Assembly: GCA_963795115.1 (NCBI GenBank)
Contig: CAWCGH010000003.1
Span: 222,950-286,949 of the forward strand
DNA: 64,000 bases
Direction: 5' to 3'
Source: an uncultured Actinomycetota bacterium
GTDB taxonomy: Bacteria; Actinomycetota; Actinomycetes; Propionibacteriales; Nocardioidaceae
This document shows positions 1 to 9,891 of this stretch, in pieces. The notes under the pieces are model-generated. The model made no database searches and had not been told where the DNA came from. It saw only the letters and a program-made list of their open reading frames with translations. The position numbers were made by a program, and so were the translations under genes. The stretch's first letter is position 1; each line of letters starts with the position of its first letter.

Positions 1-2
1 CG

Positions 3-791
3 AAGAACCTGTTCGACGAGATCAGCCCGACGGGGCTGGTGTGGATCCGGCTCGCATCGAGCTCCCTCGTGCTGCTGGCGATCGCCCGGCCGCGGCTGAG
101 TGGGCGCAGTCGCAAGGACTGGATGACCGTGCTCGGCTTCGGCGTGACTCTCGGCCTGATGAACTGGTCGATCTACCAGTCGTTCAGCCGGATCCCGATC
201 GGGATCGCCGTCACGATCGAGTTCATCGGTCCGCTCACCCTGGCGATCATCGGTTCGCGCCGGCCGCGCGACCTGGTGTGGGTCGGGCTCGCCGCCGCCG
301 GGGTGCTTCTGCTCGGTGCCGAGCGCGCCGACCTCGATCCGGCCGGCGTCGCGTTCGCGTTGGTCGCGGGGGGTTCCTGGGCCGCCTACATCCTGTTGAG
401 CGGGCACACCGGCCGGAGGTGGGAGGGCCTCGACGGGCTCGCGATCGCCAGCGTCGTCGCCGTACTCCTGCTCACGCCGACGCTCGCCGGCATCGACGCC
501 GATCCCCTCGTCGACCCGCGGATCCTGCTGCTCGGCGTCGCCGTCGGACTGCTCAGCTCGGTGGTCCCCTACAGCTGCGAGCTGGTTGCGCTGCGTCGGC
601 TGCTCCCGGCCCTGTTCGGGATCCTGATGAGCCTGGAGCCGGCCGCCGCCGCCCTGGCGGGACTTCTCATCGTCGGCGAGCACCTCAGCGCCGTGCAGTG
701 GCTCGCGGTCGCCTGCGTGATCGCGGCGAGCGTCGGTGCGACCAGGGTCGCTGCTCCGAGTGAACCGACACCGCCGCCTGCAGCGGGATAG
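3..791 (+). CDS. EamA/RhtA-family drug/metabolite transporter (5' end beyond window edge)
   Basis: Open frame from the window edge; very hydrophobic; IPIGIAVTIEFIGP and GILMSLEPAAAAL motifs typical of RhtA-like EamA proteins. Confidence 0.85.
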   Translation, partial: KNLFDEISPTGLVWIRLASSSLVLLAIARPRLSGRSRKDWMTVLGFGVTLGLMNWSIYQSFSRIPIGIAVTIEFIGPLTLAIIGSRRPRDLVWVGLAAAGVLLLGAERADLDPAGVAFALVAGGSWAAYILLSGHTGRRWEGLDGLAIASVVAVLLLTPTLAGIDADPLVDPRILLLGVAVGLLSSVVPYSCELVALRRLLPALFGILMSLEPAAAALAGLLIVGEHLSAVQWLAVACVIAASVGATRVAAPSEPTPPPAAG

Positions 792-911
792 GCAGGATAG
801 GCGGGGCCTCGCACTCAGGCTCTTTTCACCGAGATGTCACCTGCCCGTGATGTGGATCGGTCGGATCCGGGGCTACCTTGGGCGCTACCCCATCCCCATC
901 GGAGCGATGCC

Positions 912-1139
912 ATGTTCCCCCCCATGCGCCCTCTCGTCCGACTCGGCCAGACGATCACCGAATGGCCGGTCGGGTCCCACCAGCAAGCCCGCCGCAACGC
1001 GATGGTTGCCCTCACCGCCTGCGCACAGCGTCGTGCCGAACGCGAGGAAGTGGCGTCGTTCCTCGCCGAGCGATCGACCTCGGGCGCGCGACCGGCGACC
1101 GCCGTCAGCCCCGATCCCGGAGTCGCCGCCCACGTCTGA
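912..1139 (+). CDS. Small hypothetical protein (75 aa)
   Basis: GGAG at 901-904 before ATG 912; fills the gap between two genes; MFPPMRPLVRLGQTITEWPVGSHQQARRNAMVALTA. Confidence 0.55.
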   Translation: MFPPMRPLVRLGQTITEWPVGSHQQARRNAMVALTACAQRRAEREEVASFLAERSTSGARPATAVSPDPGVAAHV

Positions 1140-1200
1140 GCGGCACCGGTGTGCGGCACGGCACACCCCGTGGGCAGCCGTGCTCGGGCAGAATCTGGAC

Positions 1201-2127
1201 ATGCCCACCTCCACACCGGACACGACCGCGACGCCGGTGGTGTCGTTCCACGACATCCTGTCCGACGACGGCACCCACGTCCGGGCGTGGACCAACGACC
1301 CCGAGGGCGTGATCGACGGCCCGACGGTCGTCCTGTGCAACGGGCTCGGCACCAACGCCTACATGTGGCCGGCCCTGCTGGATCCAGACTGCGGCGTCCG
1401 GGTGGTCTCGTGGAACCACCGCGGCGTCGGCGGCTCCGAGCGCCCGGTCGACAAGCGGCACGTCGAGATCGAGCACTTCGTCCAGGACGGCCTGTCCGTC
1501 ATGGACCACTTCGGCATCGACCGCGCAGTCCTCATGGGCTGGTCGATGGGCGTGAACACCATGTTCGAGCTCGCCGTCCGGCATCCCGAGCGCGTGGCCG
1601 GCCTGTTCGCGGTCGCCGGTGTCCCGGGCGACACCTTCCGCACCATGCTGGCGCCGCTCCGACTCCCGCACCCCGTCGCCCGGCTGATCACCATCAGCGC
1701 CTGCCGGCTCGGCAAGCTCACCGGCTGGGCGGTCAGCCCGATCACGACCCGGATCCCGATCGGTCCCCGGGCGATGGCGCTGATCACGCACAGCGGCTTC
1801 ATGTTCCCGGTCGCCGACCCCGAGCTCGCGGCCATCGGCATCGAGGAGTTCATCAAGACGCCTGTGCAGTGGTACGCCCACATCGCCCTCGGCACCTCCA
1901 AGCACGCCCGGGTCTCGCTGAGCGGCATCGAGGTGCCCGCCCGGTTCGTCGCAGCGTCGTACGACCTGCTCGCCGGGTCCCGTGACATGGCGAGCGCGGC
2001 CGAGCGGCTGCGGGACGCCGAGTACATCGAGCTGCGCGGATCGCACTTCATCCAGCTCGAGAAACCGGACGAGGTTCACGCGCTGCTGCTCGAGTTCCTC
2101 CAGAAGGTCGGGGTCAGGGCCGCCTGA
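1201..2127 (+). CDS. Alpha/beta-fold hydrolase
   Basis: CNGLG oxyanion segment, GWSMG nucleophile elbow, C-terminal GSHF; CAGAAT -10-like hexamer 6 nt before the ATG. Confidence 0.85.
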   Translation: MPTSTPDTTATPVVSFHDILSDDGTHVRAWTNDPEGVIDGPTVVLCNGLGTNAYMWPALLDPDCGVRVVSWNHRGVGGSERPVDKRHVEIEHFVQDGLSVMDHFGIDRAVLMGWSMGVNTMFELAVRHPERVAGLFAVAGVPGDTFRTMLAPLRLPHPVARLITISACRLGKLTGWAVSPITTRIPIGPRAMALITHSGFMFPVADPELAAIGIEEFIKTPVQWYAHIALGTSKHARVSLSGIEVPARFVAASYDLLAGSRDMASAAERLRDAEYIELRGSHFIQLEKPDEVHALLLEFLQKVGVRAA

Positions 2128-2141
2128 GTAGTGTCGGCGGC

Positions 2142-3302
2142 ATGAGCGTCCGTCGTACGACCGTCGCCCTGGTCGCCTCCACGGCGCTGCTCGTCGGCTG
2201 TGGCGAGGACGAGCCGTCCGATCCCGAGACCGTCGAGACGCTGACCGTCACCGACTCGGAGACCGGCTCGGCCTCCGGCCCGACGAGCGAGGACCCGCCC
2301 ACGGAGCCGACGGCCACTCCGGCAGACGAGACCGCGGTCGTCGACACCGTCGCCAGCGGCCTCGCGGTGCCCTGGGGGATCGACTTCCTGGCAGACGGCC
2401 GCGCCTTGGTGACCGAGCGGGACACCGCGCGGGTGCTGGTCATCACACCCGCTGAGGGTGCCGGCGAGGGTGAGGTGGTCGAGGTCGGCCGGATCCCCGA
2501 GACCGCCCCACAGGGGGAGGCGGGGCTGCTGGGTGTGGCCGTCTCTCCCGACTTCGACCGCGACCACCTGATCTACTTCTACGTCTGCACGGCCGAGGAC
2601 AACCGGGTGGTGCGCGCCGAGCTCGACGGCAACCAGCTCGGGGAGACCGAACCGATCCTCACCGGTATCCCGGGCGGGTTCATCCACGACGGGGGGCGGT
2701 TGGAGTTCGGTCCCGACGGCTTCCTCTACGTGTCCACCGGCGAGACCGGGGAGGACGACCTGGCCCGCGAGCGGGACGGCTACGCCGGCAAGATCCTGCG
2801 CATCACGACCGACGGCGACCCCGCCCCGGACAACCCGTTCGGCGACGAGGTGTGGTCCTGGGGCCACCGCAACGTGCAGGGACTGGCGTTCGACGACGAC
2901 GGCCGGCTCTGGGCGAGCGAGTTCGGCTCCGACTCCTTCGACGAGCTCAACCTGATCGAGCCCGGCGACGACTACGGCTGGCCGGTCGTCGAGGGCACCG
3001 GCGGCGAGCCGGAGTTCCACGACCCCGAGCTGACCTGGCCGACCGACGAGGCGTCCCCCTCGGGCCTCGCCTACGTCGACGGCGAGCTCTGGATGGCCGC
3101 GCTCCGCGGCGAGCGCCTCTGGCAGATCCCGGTCGACGGCACGGGCGTCGGCGAGCCCACCGCCCACTTCGCCGGAGACTACGGCCGCCTCCGGACCGTT
3201 GTCGTCGCCCCCGACGGCCGGCTCTGGCTCACCACCAGCAACCTCGACGGGCGCGGCGACCCGGCTGCCGAGGACGACCGGATCCTCGTCGTCCAGCCCT
3301 GA
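2142..3302 (+). CDS. PQQ-dependent sugar (glucose/sorbosone) dehydrogenase, lipoprotein
   Basis: Lipobox LLVGC; HDGGRLEFGPDGFLYV, GKILRI and WSWGHRNVQG motifs. Confidence 0.9.
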   Translation: MSVRRTTVALVASTALLVGCGEDEPSDPETVETLTVTDSETGSASGPTSEDPPTEPTATPADETAVVDTVASGLAVPWGIDFLADGRALVTERDTARVLVITPAEGAGEGEVVEVGRIPETAPQGEAGLLGVAVSPDFDRDHLIYFYVCTAEDNRVVRAELDGNQLGETEPILTGIPGGFIHDGGRLEFGPDGFLYVSTGETGEDDLARERDGYAGKILRITTDGDPAPDNPFGDEVWSWGHRNVQGLAFDDDGRLWASEFGSDSFDELNLIEPGDDYGWPVVEGTGGEPEFHDPELTWPTDEASPSGLAYVDGELWMAALRGERLWQIPVDGTGVGEPTAHFAGDYGRLRTVVVAPDGRLWLTTSNLDGRGDPAAEDDRILVVQP

Positions 3303-3314
3303 GGCATCGCCGGG

Positions 3315-4262
3315 TCAGAGGTCGGTGAGCGGGTCCCGTGGCTCGTGCGACTCGGTGTCGGTGTTGAAGTCCGAGTCCTTGCGGCTGATGATCTCGCGCC
3401 GCTCGTCGGGTGAGAGCGCCTCCAGCAGGCTCTTGACGCTCGCGGGCTGACCGCTCACCTCGGGCGCCTCGGGGATCGGGATCACGGTGTGCACGATCCG
3501 GTCGTCGTAGACGTGCACGGTGTTGAACGCCTGGTGGCCGTCGACGCCGGAGATCAGCCGGTCGACCGGCGCCGGGTCGGTCGTGTAGCAGCTCGCCGAG
3601 GCGACCGAGACGGGGACGCCGGCGAAGGTCGCGTACGACGTGTAGTGGTAGTGGCCGCCGAGGATCTGGCGTACGTCGCTGCCCTCGACCACGGCGGCCA
3701 GCCGGTCCTGCTCGAGCAGCTCGATGATCGCGGCCGGCTCGATGGTCGGCATCGGGATGGGCGGGTGGTGCATCGCGAGGATGGTTCCGTGCTCGGCCGG
3801 TGTGCTGAGCACCTCGCGCAGCCAGTCGAGCTGACCGTCGGTCAGGTCGCCGTGGTGGTACTCCGGCGCGCTGGTGTCGAGTGCGACGACCCGTAGCCCG
3901 CCGAGGTCGTAGACCCGGTCCTGCGGCCCGACGTCGTCGGAGTCGAAGAGTCCGCGGGCGTACGGCGCGCGCTCGTCGTGGTTGCCCATGACCCACACGA
4001 CCACGGCACCCATCGCCGCCGCGGCCGGCTCGACGAGCTCGCGCAGCCGGGCGTACGCCTCGGGCTGCGCCTTGTCCGCGAGATCCCCGGTGAAGACCAG
4101 CGCCTGCGGCACTGGATCGAGCCTGCTCAGCCGCTCGAGCGCGAGCACGAGACCGCTCTCCGGCACGACGACGCCGTACTGCTTCCTGCCGCGCGCGAGC
4201 AGATGGACGTCGCTGAGGTGGGCGAGGGTGAACCGAGGTGCGGGGTATTGGCCGTACTGCAC
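3315..4262 (-). CDS. cpdA: Class III cyclic-nucleotide phosphodiesterase (calcineurin-like metallophosphoesterase)
   Basis: HLSDVH, TGDLAD, GNHD, MHHPP and GHYH metal-binding motifs. Confidence 0.8.
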   Translation of the reverse strand: MQYGQYPAPRFTLAHLSDVHLLARGRKQYGVVVPESGLVLALERLSRLDPVPQALVFTGDLADKAQPEAYARLRELVEPAAAAMGAVVVWVMGNHDERAPYARGLFDSDDVGPQDRVYDLGGLRVVALDTSAPEYHHGDLTDGQLDWLREVLSTPAEHGTILAMHHPPIPMPTIEPAAIIELLEQDRLAAVVEGSDVRQILGGHYHYTSYATFAGVPVSVASASCYTTDPAPVDRLISGVDGHQAFNTVHVYDDRIVHTVIPIPEAPEVSGQPASVKSLLEALSPDERREIISRKDSDFNTDTESHEPRDPLTDL

Positions 4263-4271
4263 GAGCAGACG

Positions 4272-5177
4272 CTAGCGGGCGGCCTCGACCACGGCGAGGA
4301 TCTCGTCGATCACCAGCTGGGGGTCGGCCTCTTCGACCGCGTGCCCGGTGTGGACCACGAGCTGCGTCGCCCGGGGGCTGAGGACGAACCAGCCGCGTTG
4401 CCCCTCGACGTTGGCGCGCAGGAGCAACCGCTCGGACGCCGGAGCGGCCGCGATTTCCTCAGGAGTGGGCCCGTCGCTGATGACCGTGACGGGAATGTCG
4501 CCGACTTCGCGCTTGGCCTTCCACGCGTCTCGCTCCACCTGCAGGTAGTCCCTGTTCTCGACGTTGCCGGGTGCGTCGCACTGCGTTGCCGCCACCAGGT
4601 CCGCCGGAGGGTTCAGGTACGGCGGCGGGACCTCGACGAACACCATGCCGGCGATCTCGGGGGCATGCTCGACCGCGTAGCCGACAGAGATGTAGCCGCC
4701 CCCCGACGTACCGACGAGCACGTACGGACCGGGAACCTTCCCGGCTTCGAGCACCTGCTCGAAGTCGGTCACCAGCTCGCGGAGGCCGCGACACCGGGGA
4801 TCCGGGTCGCTCTGCCCGAGGTTCGCCCGATCGTAGGCGCACGTCGTCGTCACCGCGGCAAGGTGTTCGAACGCGAAGTCGTAGGACTGGCTGGTGTCGT
4901 CGTCACCGCCCTCCAGGATCACCGTCGGCGACCCTGTCCCCGAGCATTGGAGGAACAGCTTGCGCCCGTCGTCGATGGCGACCTGTGCTCCGAAGTCCTC
5001 GGTGGCCGTGACCGAGGCCGCGACCGAGTCGGTCGCCGAGGCGGACTCGATGGGCGAGGTCGCAGTCGAGCCACGGGAATCCTGGTCGTCGGGCGAGTCC
5101 GAACACGAGCTGAGGAGTCCTAGCGTGATGCCGACTGCGAGCGGGAAGATCTTTGCAAGAACAGGACGACCTGACAC
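4272..5177 (-). CDS. Alpha/beta hydrolase lipoprotein
   Basis: Lipobox LLSSC; CAYDRANLGQSD, GTSGGG elbow, C-terminal GH. Confidence 0.75.
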   Translation of the reverse strand: MSGRPVLAKIFPLAVGITLGLLSSCSDSPDDQDSRGSTATSPIESASATDSVAASVTATEDFGAQVAIDDGRKLFLQCSGTGSPTVILEGGDDDTSQSYDFAFEHLAAVTTTCAYDRANLGQSDPDPRCRGLRELVTDFEQVLEAGKVPGPYVLVGTSGGGYISVGYAVEHAPEIAGMVFVEVPPPYLNPPADLVAATQCDAPGNVENRDYLQVERDAWKAKREVGDIPVTVISDGPTPEEIAAAPASERLLLRANVEGQRGWFVLSPRATQLVVHTGHAVEEADPQLVIDEILAVVEAAR

Positions 5178-5317
5178 GGGAACCCTCCTTCGCGGCCGGG
5201 ATGGCTCGCCAGCTCATGGTCGCTCGACGCTGTCCCGAGGCGATAGGGCGTCGTGTCCCGACTGCCCCGGGAACTTTCGCACCCGCCAGCCGACGTGCGG
5301 CGACGCCGCTGATGCTG

Positions 5318-6211
5318 CTAGGCCCGCCGCTCCACCCGCGCGCGGCGAGCCGCGCGCCGCAGCGTGGTGAGCACCGCCGGCCCGAGCAGCGCGATCGCGA
5401 GCGCGTTGGTGATCGCGCGGCCGGTGTCCCAGCCGCCGGTGGACGTGAGCAGCGTGTAGACGACGAACCGATGCAGGTTCTCGAAGAGGGGGGCACCCGG
5501 GACGTAGGACAGGTCGGTCGAGTCCTGGCCGGGCACCTGGACGCCGAGGATGAACGGCCAGCCCCAGAGGTTCATCAGCAGTCCGTAGGCGTAGGCCGCG
5601 AGCATGCCGTACGCGACGAGCATCACGATCTCGCCGCGGCCGGTGACCCGCCGCGGCAGCAGTCCGGCGAACATCCCGACCCAGCCGGCGACGAGCATCT
5701 GGAACGGCAGCCAGGGACCCACGCCCGCGGTCATCAGCGCGGACGCGAACAGCGAGGTACAGCCGAGCACGAAGCCGAAGCCGGGGCCGAACACCCGCCC
5801 GCCGAGGATCAGCAGGAAGAACACCAGCTCCAGCCCGGCGGTGCCGGCGCTGACGCCGCGCAGCACCGCGTTGACCGCACTGAGGACACCGAGGATCGCG
5901 AGGACCCGCGCGTCCATGCCGCCCTCGCTGATCTCGGCGAGCACGACGGCCAGGATCAGCGGCAGCAGGCCGAGGAAGAGGAACGGCGGATCCACGCGCT
6001 CGGTCGGGTCGGCCTCGAGCAGCAACGGCCAGCCGAGCATCATCAGCCCGATCAGCGAGGTCAGGCCGAGGACGACGACCGACCGCAGCCGCAGGGGTAC
6101 GGCGACGCGACGCCCCTCGTCGACGACGGCACTCACGTTTTCGGGGTCCCCGCTGGGTTGTTCGCTGGAGGAGCGAAGCGGGGGAAGCGAAGAACCCGGT
6201 GGGGTATTCAC
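5318..6211 (-). CDS. cbrT: ECF transporter S component, cobalamin-specific CbrT type
   Basis: GTG start overlaps the ATPase stop (GTGA); GGRVFGPGFGF and GVGPWLPFQML motifs; last gene of the cobalamin-riboswitch operon. Confidence 0.75.
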   Translation of the reverse strand: MNTPPGSSLPPLRSSSEQPSGDPENVSAVVDEGRRVAVPLRLRSVVVLGLTSLIGLMMLGWPLLLEADPTERVDPPFLFLGLLPLILAVVLAEISEGGMDARVLAILGVLSAVNAVLRGVSAGTAGLELVFFLLILGGRVFGPGFGFVLGCTSLFASALMTAGVGPWLPFQMLVAGWVGMFAGLLPRRVTGRGEIVMLVAYGMLAAYAYGLLMNLWGWPFILGVQVPGQDSTDLSYVPGAPLFENLHRFVVYTLLTSTGGWDTGRAITNALAIALLGPAVLTTLRRAARRARVERRA

Positions 6212-7863
6212 GTCGGCACCTCCGCGTTCGCCTGCGCGTCGGCGGCGAGCGCGGCCGCCACCTCGTCGACGCGAAGCCACCCCGGCCCGAGCACCTTCGT
6301 CACCTGGGGTGCGAACGCCGGCGACTCGGCGACCACCCGACGGACGGGCCCGTTGGACACCACCTCGCCCTCGGCGAGCACCACGACGTCGTCGGCGACC
6401 TGGGCCGCGAACTCGACGTCGTGGGTGGCGACCATGATCGCCCGGCCGTCGACCGCGAGGCCCCGAAGGATCTCGGCCAGCGCGTGCTTGCCCGGGTAGT
6501 CGAGGCCCCGCGTCGGCTCGTCGAGCAGCAGCACCGGAGGGCCCGCGGTGAGCACGATCGCGACGGCGAGGGCCAGCCGCTGGCCCTCGGACAGGTCGCG
6601 CGGATGTCCGGCCGGGTCGATCCCGGGTGCCAGCCGCGCCAGGAGCCCGGCGCAGGTGCCGGAAGCCGCAGCCGCCGTACGGTCTGCCGCTGCGCACTCC
6701 TCCGCCACCATCTCCAGGTAGAGCAGGTCCGCGGGGCTCTGCGGCACCAGGCCGGTCGAGCGACGGCGGGCTTCCCCCTTGAGCCGGTGCGGGTCGTCGC
6801 CGGAGACGCGCACGCTGCCGCTGGTGGCGGCGTACCGGCCCTGGAGTGCCCACAGCAAGGTCGACTTGCCTGCTCCGTTGCGGCCCATCAGCGCGGTGAC
6901 GGTTCCCGGCCGGAGCTCGAGGTCCACCTCGTTGAGCGCCCGGACCGACCCGTGCGCGACGGTGAGGCGTCGTACCTGAACTTCCGGCCCGGTTTCTGTC
7001 GAGAATCGGGCCGAAGCTTCAGGTACGACGGGCTCCGGACCGGGCGGGGAGCCGATCCGGCCCAGCAGGTCGGTGGTACGACGACGCGCGTCGCGCACGG
7101 TGAGCGGGAGCGGCGACCAGCCCGCGAGCCGGCCGAGCTCGACGATGGGCGGGGCGATCGGGGCGTCGACCAGCAGCTCGGCGGGATCGCCCACCCGGAG
7201 CTGCCCATCATGGCCACCGGTCCCCAGCAGGCAGAGCCGGTCGGCGAACGGAACCACCCGCTCGAGCCGGTGCTCCGCGACGAGGACGGAGACGCCGAGG
7301 TCGTGGACCAAGCGGGTGAGCGTGGCAAGCACGTCCTCGGCGGCGGTCGGGTCGAGGGCGGAGGTGGGCTCGTCGAGCACGAGCAACCGCGGGTGCGTGG
7401 TGAGGACGGAGCCGATGGCGACCCGCTGCTGCTGGCCCCCGGACAGGGTGCGCAGGTCGCGGTGACGGAGGTCGGCGATGCCGAGCAGGTCGAGCGTCTC
7501 CTCGACCCTGCGGCGCATCGTGGGTGCCGCCAGGCCGAGCTGCTCCATGCCGAACGCGAGCTCTTCCTCGACCGTGTCGGTGACGAACCACGCGGGCGGG
7601 TTCTGCCCGACGTACCCAACGATGTGCGCACGCTCCCGCGCCGGCCGGTCGAGCACGCTCTCCCCGTCGATGACCACGTCGCCGGTCAGGGTGCCGCCGG
7701 TGAACGCCGGCACCAGGCCGGCGACGACCCCGAGCAGGGTCGACTTGCCGACCCCGGTGGGACCGGCGAGCAGCATCAGCTCGCCGTGGTCGACGGCGAC
7801 GTCGACGTGGTCGAGGACCGGCCGATCGCCGTAGCTGAAGGTGACGTCGCGCAGCTCGAACAT
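6208..7863 (-). CDS. ECF transporter ATPase with two fused ABC domains
   Basis: Two Walker A (GPTGVGKST, GRNGAGKST), two signatures (LSGGQ, LSEGQ), two Walker B (LDEPT). Confidence 0.92.
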   Translation of the reverse strand: MFELRDVTFSYGDRPVLDHVDVAVDHGELMLLAGPTGVGKSTLLGVVAGLVPAFTGGTLTGDVVIDGESVLDRPARERAHIVGYVGQNPPAWFVTDTVEEELAFGMEQLGLAAPTMRRRVEETLDLLGIADLRHRDLRTLSGGQQQRVAIGSVLTTHPRLLVLDEPTSALDPTAAEDVLATLTRLVHDLGVSVLVAEHRLERVVPFADRLCLLGTGGHDGQLRVGDPAELLVDAPIAPPIVELGRLAGWSPLPLTVRDARRRTTDLLGRIGSPPGPEPVVPEASARFSTETGPEVQVRRLTVAHGSVRALNEVDLELRPGTVTALMGRNGAGKSTLLWALQGRYAATSGSVRVSGDDPHRLKGEARRRSTGLVPQSPADLLYLEMVAEECAAADRTAAAASGTCAGLLARLAPGIDPAGHPRDLSEGQRLALAVAIVLTAGPPVLLLDEPTRGLDYPGKHALAEILRGLAVDGRAIMVATHDVEFAAQVADDVVVLAEGEVVSNGPVRRVVAESPAFAPQVTKVLGPGWLRVDEVAAALAADAQANAEVPT

Positions 7864-7864
7864 C

Positions 7865-8986
7865 TCAGGCCGCCAGCTCCGCCGGCTCCGCCACGGGCTC
7901 GGGAAGGATCGGTGCGCGGTTCTGCGCCGTGAGTGGTGGCGGGGCCAGGAACACCGGCGCGACACCGACGAGTACGGCGACGATCGCGCCGAGGCTGAGC
8001 CCGGGTACGACGAGCACGCCGGGGTGGGCGACGAGCGGGTCGGCGCGCTGCACCAGCCACAGGCCCGTACCGACGACGGCGCCGGACAGCGCGACGAGCA
8101 CCTCGGCGGAGCCCCACCGCTCCGGCCGGTAGCGGGTCCGCTGCACCCGGCGACCGGCGAGCACGAACCCGCCGAGCGCGGCAGTGACACCGAGCCCGAG
8201 CATCGGCCACGCCAGCACCCGCGGCGCGCTCGAGTCGAGGAACGCGTAGACGCCGACACAGATGCCGATCAGTCCGACGATCATCAGCGCCCCCGTGGTG
8301 CGACGCTGGCCCGCGGTCGCCGTACCACTGCGGCCGTAACCGCGCGCGTCCATGCCGGCTGCGAGGGCCAGCGATCGCTCGAACGCGTCCTCGAGGATCG
8401 GCACGAGCAATCGTCGTACGCCGCGCACCCGACCCTTCTCGCCGCCGCGCAGCTGCTGGGCCGCTCGTACCCGCCGGGCGCTGTCGGCGAGCTGTGGGAT
8501 CACCGTGATCGCGACGACCATCGCCGTACCGATCTCGTAGAGCGCCGGCGGCAGCGACTTCATCAGCCGCTTCGGGTTGGCGAGCGCGTTGGCCGCGCCG
8601 ACCGCGATCAGCAGGGTCGCCAGCCGGAGGCCCTCGTAGATCGCGGCCAGCAGCTCCTCACGGCTGAACGGGCCGAGCAGGCTGATGCCCGCAGCCCAGG
8701 CCGGCAGCGGGATCTCCGGCATCGAGAGCAGCACGTGTCCGGCGTCGTTGCCGCCGACGAGGACCCGGAACAGCACCCTGACCACGAGCACGACCAGCCC
8801 GAGCCACAGGTAGAGCCGGAACGACCGCGCCCACGGCTGGTCGCCGCGGCACGCGAAGACGGTGATGGTCGCGACCGCCAGCAACAGCCCGAGGAGGAAC
8901 GGGTTCGTCGTGCACGAGGCGCCGACCGCGAGACCGACCGCCCAGCACCACCAGGCGACCGGGTGGAGGTCCCGCGGCATCCTCAT
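7865..8986 (-). CDS. ECF transporter transmembrane T component (CbiQ/EcfT family)
   Basis: Hydrophobic; ERSLALAAGMDARGYG motif; ATGA overlap with the upstream gene. Confidence 0.88.
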   Translation of the reverse strand: MRMPRDLHPVAWWCWAVGLAVGASCTTNPFLLGLLLAVATITVFACRGDQPWARSFRLYLWLGLVVLVVRVLFRVLVGGNDAGHVLLSMPEIPLPAWAAGISLLGPFSREELLAAIYEGLRLATLLIAVGAANALANPKRLMKSLPPALYEIGTAMVVAITVIPQLADSARRVRAAQQLRGGEKGRVRGVRRLLVPILEDAFERSLALAAGMDARGYGRSGTATAGQRRTTGALMIVGLIGICVGVYAFLDSSAPRVLAWPMLGLGVTAALGGFVLAGRRVQRTRYRPERWGSAEVLVALSGAVVGTGLWLVQRADPLVAHPGVLVVPGLSLGAIVAVLVGVAPVFLAPPPLTAQNRAPILPEPVAEPAELAA

Positions 8987-9885
8987 CCGGTGCGCCGCCG
9001 GAGCAGGGTCACCAGGCCGGCGGCGCCGAGCACGAGTACGGCGAGACCCAGACCGATCCAGGTCGTCAGCGCACCGCCGTCGTCGTCCGACGGGTCCGTC
9101 GCGAGGTCGCTCGGCGGCGGTCCGGCGGTGATCTCCGCCGCGCCGGGCACGGTGCTGGTCGCGGACGTCGGGTCGGTGCTCTTCGACTCGGGCTTCCTCG
9201 GGCGCCCGGGCGAAGCCGACTCGGTGGTCGTCTCCGCCGTCGTGGCCACCGACGACGGCGCTGACGTGGTCGGCGCCGACGTGGTCGGCGCGGCCGTGGT
9301 CGCGTCGTCGCTGCTCCCGTTGCCGCCGTTGCCGCCGTTGCCGCCGTTGCCCCCGTTGCCCCCGTTGTTGTCGGACGGGTCGTCCGACGGCTCCACCGGC
9401 TCCTGGTGCGGCGTGGGCGCATAGTCGGGCGGCTGCGCAGGGCCCCCGCCCTCGTGCCACGCGAAAGCGACGTACCCCCCGTCCGGGACGGTCATTCCAC
9501 CGACGCCCTGGTTGGAGAACCGCCACTCACCGGACTTGCCGTCGGACCACCACAAGCTCCAGAACGAGTCGTTCTCGAGGCACGGGCGGTCGTCGGGGAG
9601 GCCGGTGATCTTGCAGACGTAGCCGGGCTGGCGAGGGTGGTACTCCAGCGAGAACCCGGCGCCCGGGAACACCTCGGACGCGCTCTGCCCGGCTCCGTCC
9701 GGATCGCAGCCGGCCCGGGACGGACCACCGACTTCGTTGTAGTCGACGATCACCGTCACGCCGTCGGCGCCGCGACACACGGCGACCGCGGCGCCCGCCG
9801 CCGGTGCGGTCGCGGGGGGCATCAGGACACCGGTTGCCGCCGTCACGAGGACGGCGACAGCCGCCGGGAGTGTCTTGATGAGCAT
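8983..9885 (-). CDS. Secreted, C-terminally membrane-anchored protein with a DUF4430/transcobalamin-beta-like domain and an S/T/P/G-rich stalk
   Basis: Signal peptide; GYVCKITG...FWSLW...W.FS..G...DGGYVAFAW; (GNG)n and T/S/P linker; TM helix plus RRR tail. Confidence 0.65.
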   Translation of the reverse strand: MLIKTLPAAVAVLVTAATGVLMPPATAPAAGAAVAVCRGADGVTVIVDYNEVGGPSRAGCDPDGAGQSASEVFPGAGFSLEYHPRQPGYVCKITGLPDDRPCLENDSFWSLWWSDGKSGEWRFSNQGVGGMTVPDGGYVAFAWHEGGGPAQPPDYAPTPHQEPVEPSDDPSDNNGGNGGNGGNGGNGGNGSSDDATTAAPTTSAPTTSAPSSVATTAETTTESASPGRPRKPESKSTDPTSATSTVPGAAEITAGPPPSDLATDPSDDDGGALTTWIGLGLAVLVLGAAGLVTLLRRRTG

Positions 9886-9891
9886 CGCCAG

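Noticed and set aside
837-850. TCAC-N6-GTGA palindrome
   Set aside because: Half-sites are inverted relative to the CRP consensus; no regulator assignable
9317-9367. 9-bp tandem repeat (ccgttgccg)n
   Set aside because: Encodes the (GNG)n linker of the anchored protein; no spacers, so not CRISPR
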